The position numbers and the translations under genes are program-made. Shown here in pieces: positions 60,329-64,000 of a stretch of 64,000 nucleotides of DNA. Origin of the DNA: Patescibacteria group bacterium (GTDB lineage Bacteria > Patescibacteriota > Patescibacteriia > UBA10025 > JAHIVO01). Numbering within the stretch: position 1 is the first letter of the stretch; every line of letters starts with the position of its first letter. Under the pieces are notes generated by a model that saw only the letters and a list, made by a program, of their open reading frames with translations, was not told the origin of the DNA and did no database searches. The stretch covers positions 1,074,118-1,138,117 of the forward strand of contig JBMOKY010000001.1 in the NCBI GenBank assembly GCA_049325535.1. Direction: 5' to 3'.

Positions 60329-61690
60329 TTAGGCGTACAACCGTTGACGGATAAGCGTTATGTCCTGACGAATTTTTTCGTCTTCATTCGTCGCTCTTTT
60401 AATTTTTTCATACGCGTGCATGGCGGTTGTGTGATCGCGTCCGCCAAGTTCCTGGCCGATTGTTGGGTATGAACATTTCGCCTCTTCACGCATGAGGAAC
60501 ATGGTAATCTGGCGTGGCACCACCAATTCTTTTTTCCGGCTACTGCCAAGTAAATCGTCGGCACTAATATCAAAAAAGTCGGCTACCGTACTCATTATTT
60601 GTTTGACCGTGATTGCGCCGTCCCGGCGGTGCTGTTCGGATAAGCTTGAGAGGATTGATTTGACGGATTCAACGGTTGGAGAAGAATTATTGAGCTGGTG
60701 AAAGGCCACAATTCTATTGAGTGCACCCTCCAGCTCGCGAACATTGCTATGGACAGTTTGTGCCACGGCATTGATGATTTCATCTGAGATTGAGTATGAT
60801 TTTTCTCTAACTTTAGCCTTTAATATAGCGACTCGATTTTCAAAATCCGGTTCAGTTATGTCGGCAATCATACCCCATTCGAAGCGGGACACGAGTCGCG
60901 TTTCCAGAGCAGGGATTGCTTTTGGCGGACGATCGGAGGAGATGACGATTTGTTTATTTTGTTGGTGCAGGGCATTGAATGTATGGAAAAATTCTTCCTG
61001 GGTGCCTTCTTTTCCGGCGAGAAACTGGATGTCGTCAATAAGCAGCAAATCAGCCGAGCGGTAATGTGATTTGAATCGTTCGGCTTCCCCGCGACTGATT
61101 GATTGGATAAATTCATTTGTGAATTTTTCACAGGTAACATAAATAATACTCTTATCTGGCCAATGCCGGAGTACCTCGTGTGCGATCGCTTGCATCAGGT
61201 GAGTTTTACCTAGCCCGGCACCGCCGTAGAGAAAAAGCGGATTATATACTTCTCCGGGGCGTTGCGCTACAGCCAGGCAAGCGGCATGAGCCAACTCGTT
61301 GCTTTTGCCGACGATAAAGGAATCGAACGTATACCGTGCGTTCAGGCCGAATCCGTTTTGCTCAGTTTGCCGCACGGCTGCCTGCTGGATGGTAGGAGGG
61401 GTGGTATGGGCAGAGTCTATAGTCGGTGCGTCACGCTGAGCGGAGGTTTTCACCCGGTAGGTCACATTGGCGACGGTATTGTTAGTCGCGTTTTGTATTG
61501 CTTTTATGATTTCCTTGTGGTACTTGTTTTCCAGCCACGTTTTAGTAAATGTATTAGGTACGCCAATGACCACATTCTCGCCTTCGCAGCTGTCGATGAA
61601 CGTGTTTTTAAACCAAGTCGTAAAATTAGCCTTACTCAATGAAAGCTCAAGCTCCCCGAGAACCGCTTCCCACAATTGCTTCGTGTCCAT
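60329..61690 (-). CDS. dnaA: chromosomal replication initiator
   Basis: YTF..F, YNPLFLYGG.GLGKTHL, IDDIQF, QEEFFH.FN, NVRELEGA, RDHTT. Confidence 0.98.
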   Translation of the reverse strand: MDTKQLWEAVLGELELSLSKANFTTWFKNTFIDSCEGENVVIGVPNTFTKTWLENKYHKEIIKAIQNATNNTVANVTYRVKTSAQRDAPTIDSAHTTPPTIQQAAVRQTEQNGFGLNARYTFDSFIVGKSNELAHAACLAVAQRPGEVYNPLFLYGGAGLGKTHLMQAIAHEVLRHWPDKSIIYVTCEKFTNEFIQSISRGEAERFKSHYRSADLLLIDDIQFLAGKEGTQEEFFHTFNALHQQNKQIVISSDRPPKAIPALETRLVSRFEWGMIADITEPDFENRVAILKAKVREKSYSISDEIINAVAQTVHSNVRELEGALNRIVAFHQLNNSSPTVESVKSILSSLSEQHRRDGAITVKQIMSTVADFFDISADDLLGSSRKKELVVPRQITMFLMREEAKCSYPTIGQELGGRDHTTAMHAYEKIKRATNEDEKIRQDITLIRQRLYA

Positions 61691-61765
61691 ATGCTGTAGA
61701 AAAATTACTGTTATCTCATGGTACCATAGATAGCATCAGCAAAACATATAGCTCATTGGGCATTT

Positions 61766-61796
61766 TGTGTATAAACTGTGAGTAATCTGCGTATAA
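61766..61796. promoter_or_regulatory. three phased DnaA boxes upstream of dnaA
   Basis: TGTGTATAA (61766), TGTGAGTAA (61777), TGCGTATAA (61788); 11-bp period. Confidence 0.75.
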
Positions 61797-61806
61797 CCAT
61801 AATTCG

Positions 61807-61835
61807 TTGACCGGAGACCCCTGACCTGATATACT
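61807..61835 (+). promoter_or_regulatory. rpmH promoter
   Basis: TTGACC-N17-TATACT with a TGn extension. Confidence 0.7.
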
Positions 61836-61885
61836 CGGGTGTAGCCCAGTGAGGGCGCCTTAATTTTTTATGTAACTCTAAGGAC

Positions 61886-62023
61886 ATGCCAAAGCGCACA
61901 CACCAGCCGAAAGTTAAACACCGCAAACGCGTGCATGGCTATCGTAAGCGTTCCTTGACCCGAAGTGGGAAAAAAGTGCTCGCACGCCGCCGCCGCCGGG
62001 GACGCGCGGTAATCAGCCGATAA
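61886..62023 (+). CDS. rpmH: 50S ribosomal protein L34 (not in the ORF track)
   Basis: [45 protein letters not shown]; synteny with dnaA and rnpA. Confidence 0.95.
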   Translation: MPKRTHQPKVKHRKRVHGYRKRSLTRSGKKVLARRRRRGRAVISR

Positions 62024-62037
62024 TTCTGCGCTTGCGT

Positions 62038-62382
62038 ATGCTCCCCCGCCCACATCGGATTGCGGCCAGTCGTGATTGGCGAATGATGCATGCGCGCGCC
62101 CGGACGGTTTATAGTCGGGATATTGTCATGAAATTTCAGCGCGGTTATGCAGCACAATCTCGATATGGATTTATTGTTGGTACTAAGGTGAGCAAGCGCG
62201 CTACCGTCCGCAATCTGATCAAGCGTCGACTGCGCGCCATCATTACCAAACACCAGCGAGTCATTCGACCGAGCCAGGACATCGTATTCATCGCTCGATC
62301 TTCGATTGTCGGCATCCCGTACGCCACTATGGAGCAGCAGGTACTCGACGTATTACATAAGGCACGATTGATCCAGAAGTAA
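62038..62382 (+). CDS. rnpA: RNase P protein component
   Basis: GF.V..KVSKRA.VRN.IKRRLR. Confidence 0.93.
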   Translation: MLPRPHRIAASRDWRMMHARARTVYSRDIVMKFQRGYAAQSRYGFIVGTKVSKRATVRNLIKRRLRAIITKHQRVIRPSQDIVFIARSSIVGIPYATMEQQVLDVLHKARLIQK

Positions 62383-62385
62383 CAT

Positions 62386-62640
62386 ATGCGATTTTTTATT
62401 TTATTACTGATCCGTCTTTATCAACGCACGTTGTCTCCCGACCACGGCTGGTTTGCTTACCGCCACCCGTATGGGTATTGCCGTTTTTACCCGACGTGTT
62501 CCGAGTATGCGCACCGAGCCATCCACCGTCACGGCATCCTGCGGGGAGGGTATTTGGCGGGCAGGCGGGTATTACGCTGCAATCCCTGGCATCAGCCAGG
62601 ATATGACCCCGTTCCATTAACTGATGATCACCACGTATGA
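62386..62640 (+). CDS. yidD: membrane protein insertion efficiency factor
   Basis: [18 protein letters not shown]...GYDPVP. Confidence 0.95.
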   Translation: MRFFILLLIRLYQRTLSPDHGWFAYRHPYGYCRFYPTCSEYAHRAIHRHGILRGGYLAGRRVLRCNPWHQPGYDPVPLTDDHHV

Positions 62641-63437
62641 TAGGTACTATTTTCAACGCCATATTACTTGAGCCGATTCTCAATGCTCTGGTACTGATAT
62701 ACCATTACATACCGAATCTCGGCGTAGCCATTATTTTATTGACGCTGATAATCAAAGCGCTTTTGTATTTTCCGTCCCGATCATCGATCGTGGCGCAGAA
62801 GCGGCTTCAGGAAACCCAGCCAAAATTACAGGAATTACAAAAGAAATATAAAAACGACCGGGAGGAATTGGGCCGCCAAACCATGAAATTTTATAAAGAG
62901 AACAAGGTGAATCCCCTGTCTTCCTGCCTGCCACTCCTCATTCAGCTGCCGATTCTCATAGCGTTGTATCAGGCATTTCTGGCGGTAGCCCAGACTGATC
63001 CGACCACGAATATTTTAGTAGCCGAGAAATTACAGCATTTGTATGGTCCCTTGCGCGACATCTTTACCACCACCCCGATTGACCCGACTTTTCTCGGGTT
63101 GATCGACCTGTCGGCAACCGGCAACTGGGTACTGGCAATTTTATCCGGCCTCGCCGCGTATGTGCAGACCAACATGCTGATGCGCAAGCAGCCGCCGAAA
63201 GTTCCCGGAGCGAAGGATGAAAGCATGGCCGCGGGTATCAATAAACAGATGCGGTATGTCATGCCGGCGATTACCGTTTTTTTTGGTGTTCAGTTCCCGG
63301 CCGGCCTGACGCTCTATTGGCTGGTGTCCACCCTATTTACCATTGGTCAGCAGCAGTTAATTTTGAGAAAAGATACTAATCATACTACCGGAGGAGCATC
63401 TCATGGCACCCCGCTTGCAGAAAAAACAACTTCTTGA
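62637..63437 (+). CDS. yidC: membrane protein insertase (short, monoderm type)
   Basis: G.AII.LT..IK, QP.L..LQ.KYK, NP.S.CLP.LIQLPI, GL.LYW. Confidence 0.93.
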   Translation: MIGTIFNAILLEPILNALVLIYHYIPNLGVAIILLTLIIKALLYFPSRSSIVAQKRLQETQPKLQELQKKYKNDREELGRQTMKFYKENKVNPLSSCLPLLIQLPILIALYQAFLAVAQTDPTTNILVAEKLQHLYGPLRDIFTTTPIDPTFLGLIDLSATGNWVLAILSGLAAYVQTNMLMRKQPPKVPGAKDESMAAGINKQMRYVMPAITVFFGVQFPAGLTLYWLVSTLFTIGQQQLILRKDTNHTTGGASHGTPLAEKTTS

Positions 63438-63684
63438 CCTGCCGGTCTATACCAAGTCAGGGCAGCACCTGGGGCGGGTAATTGACTTTACGTTCGATGC
63501 CGCGTCTCAAACCATCATTCAGTATACCGTCGGCAGTTCAGATATTCTGAAAAAAATTCTCAACCAACAAGAATTAATCGTGGGGGCACACCAGGTGCTG
63601 AATATTACCACGAAAAAAATGACTGTTGACGACACCACAACCGGCATTCCGGTAACATCGCCCAAGCCAGTCCCCGCAGGCTAA
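63403..63684 (+). CDS. PRC-barrel domain protein
   Basis: LPVYT.SG..LG.V.D..FD. Confidence 0.75.
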   Translation: MAPRLQKKQLLDLPVYTKSGQHLGRVIDFTFDAASQTIIQYTVGSSDILKKILNQQELIVGAHQVLNITTKKMTVDDTTTGIPVTSPKPVPAG

Positions 63685-64000
63685 TGGCGTCTCGCCAATC
63701 GTCGCCGCTGGGAAATGCGGCGTTTTTTTGATTCGATAAAATCAAAAGTGAATTCGGTATGGTCATGGCGGCGCAGCACCGGCGCGATACGATCCGCCCA
63801 TTCGATGAGGGTGATCGTATCGGATCGGCCCAGCCATTCAAATAATCCCAGCTCGGCGATTTCATCAATCGCTCGAACGCGGTATGCGTCTACGTGGCAA
63901 AAAAATTTGACATCAGCTCGTTTGTGCACCGGGTAGATTTTAAGCAGAATAAACGTCGGACTGGCAATCACCCCCGGAATGCCCAGGCCACGGGCAAATC
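63681..64000 (-). CDS. tsaE: tRNA threonylcarbamoyladenosine biosynthesis ATPase (5' part outside the window)
   Basis: FARGLGI...IASPTF, H.DAYR, IEWA; frame is open to the window edge. Confidence 0.9.
   Translation of the reverse strand, partial: FARGLGIPGVIASPTFILLKIYPVHKRADVKFFCHVDAYRVRAIDEIAELGLFEWLGRSDTITLIEWADRIAPVLRRHDHTEFTFDFIESKKRRISQRRRLARRH

Overview
Core chromosomal segment of a Patescibacteria/CPR bacterium. Gene content suggests the Parcubacteria-ABY1 group (possibly Kerfeldbacteria-like; inference only), using genetic code 11. From left to right: (1) a small GIY-YIG nuclease gene followed by REP-like palindromes; (2) a stand-alone 23S-5S rRNA unit with its own consensus sigma70 promoter, no 16S, expanded domain I helices and a degenerate mini-5S copy; (3) a sugar-phosphate cluster (RHH-nucleotidyltransferase fusion, ROK kinase, SuhB, Gmk-like, PPi-type Pfk, PfkB); (4) EndoQ, a methyltransferase, an unidentified structured RNA and tRNA-Ser(CGA); (5) a tandem cytochrome b5 / di-His membrane protein / MsrA module, an orphan PurD-like ligase, an ABC exporter, a C39 peptidase, MsrB, a YfiH-like protein, a MazG-like protein and an RND transporter; (6) galU, a solute-binding protein and three VirB2/TrbC-like pilins, one with a large Cys-rich repeat domain; (7) a surface-glycan locus with several GT-C-type proteins, Wzx, GT4 and GT2; (8) pgi/pmi, yebC-ruvC and a glycogen-like cluster (2x glgA, 2x GH57, APH-like, GalT-like; no glgC or glgB in the window); (9) tyrS, ROK, PBP1A and the origin region dnaN-oriC-dnaA-rpmH-rnpA-yidD-yidC, ending in a partial tsaE. 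No CRISPR array, prophage or IS transposase was seen. The best candidates for undescribed biology are the GIY-YIG/REP module, the structured RNA before tRNA-Ser, the cytochrome b5-MsrA module, the Cys-rich pilin with its glycosylation locus, the RHH pseudo-nucleotidyltransferase and the mini-5S copy. All calls come from reading motifs by eye; no database searches were run.
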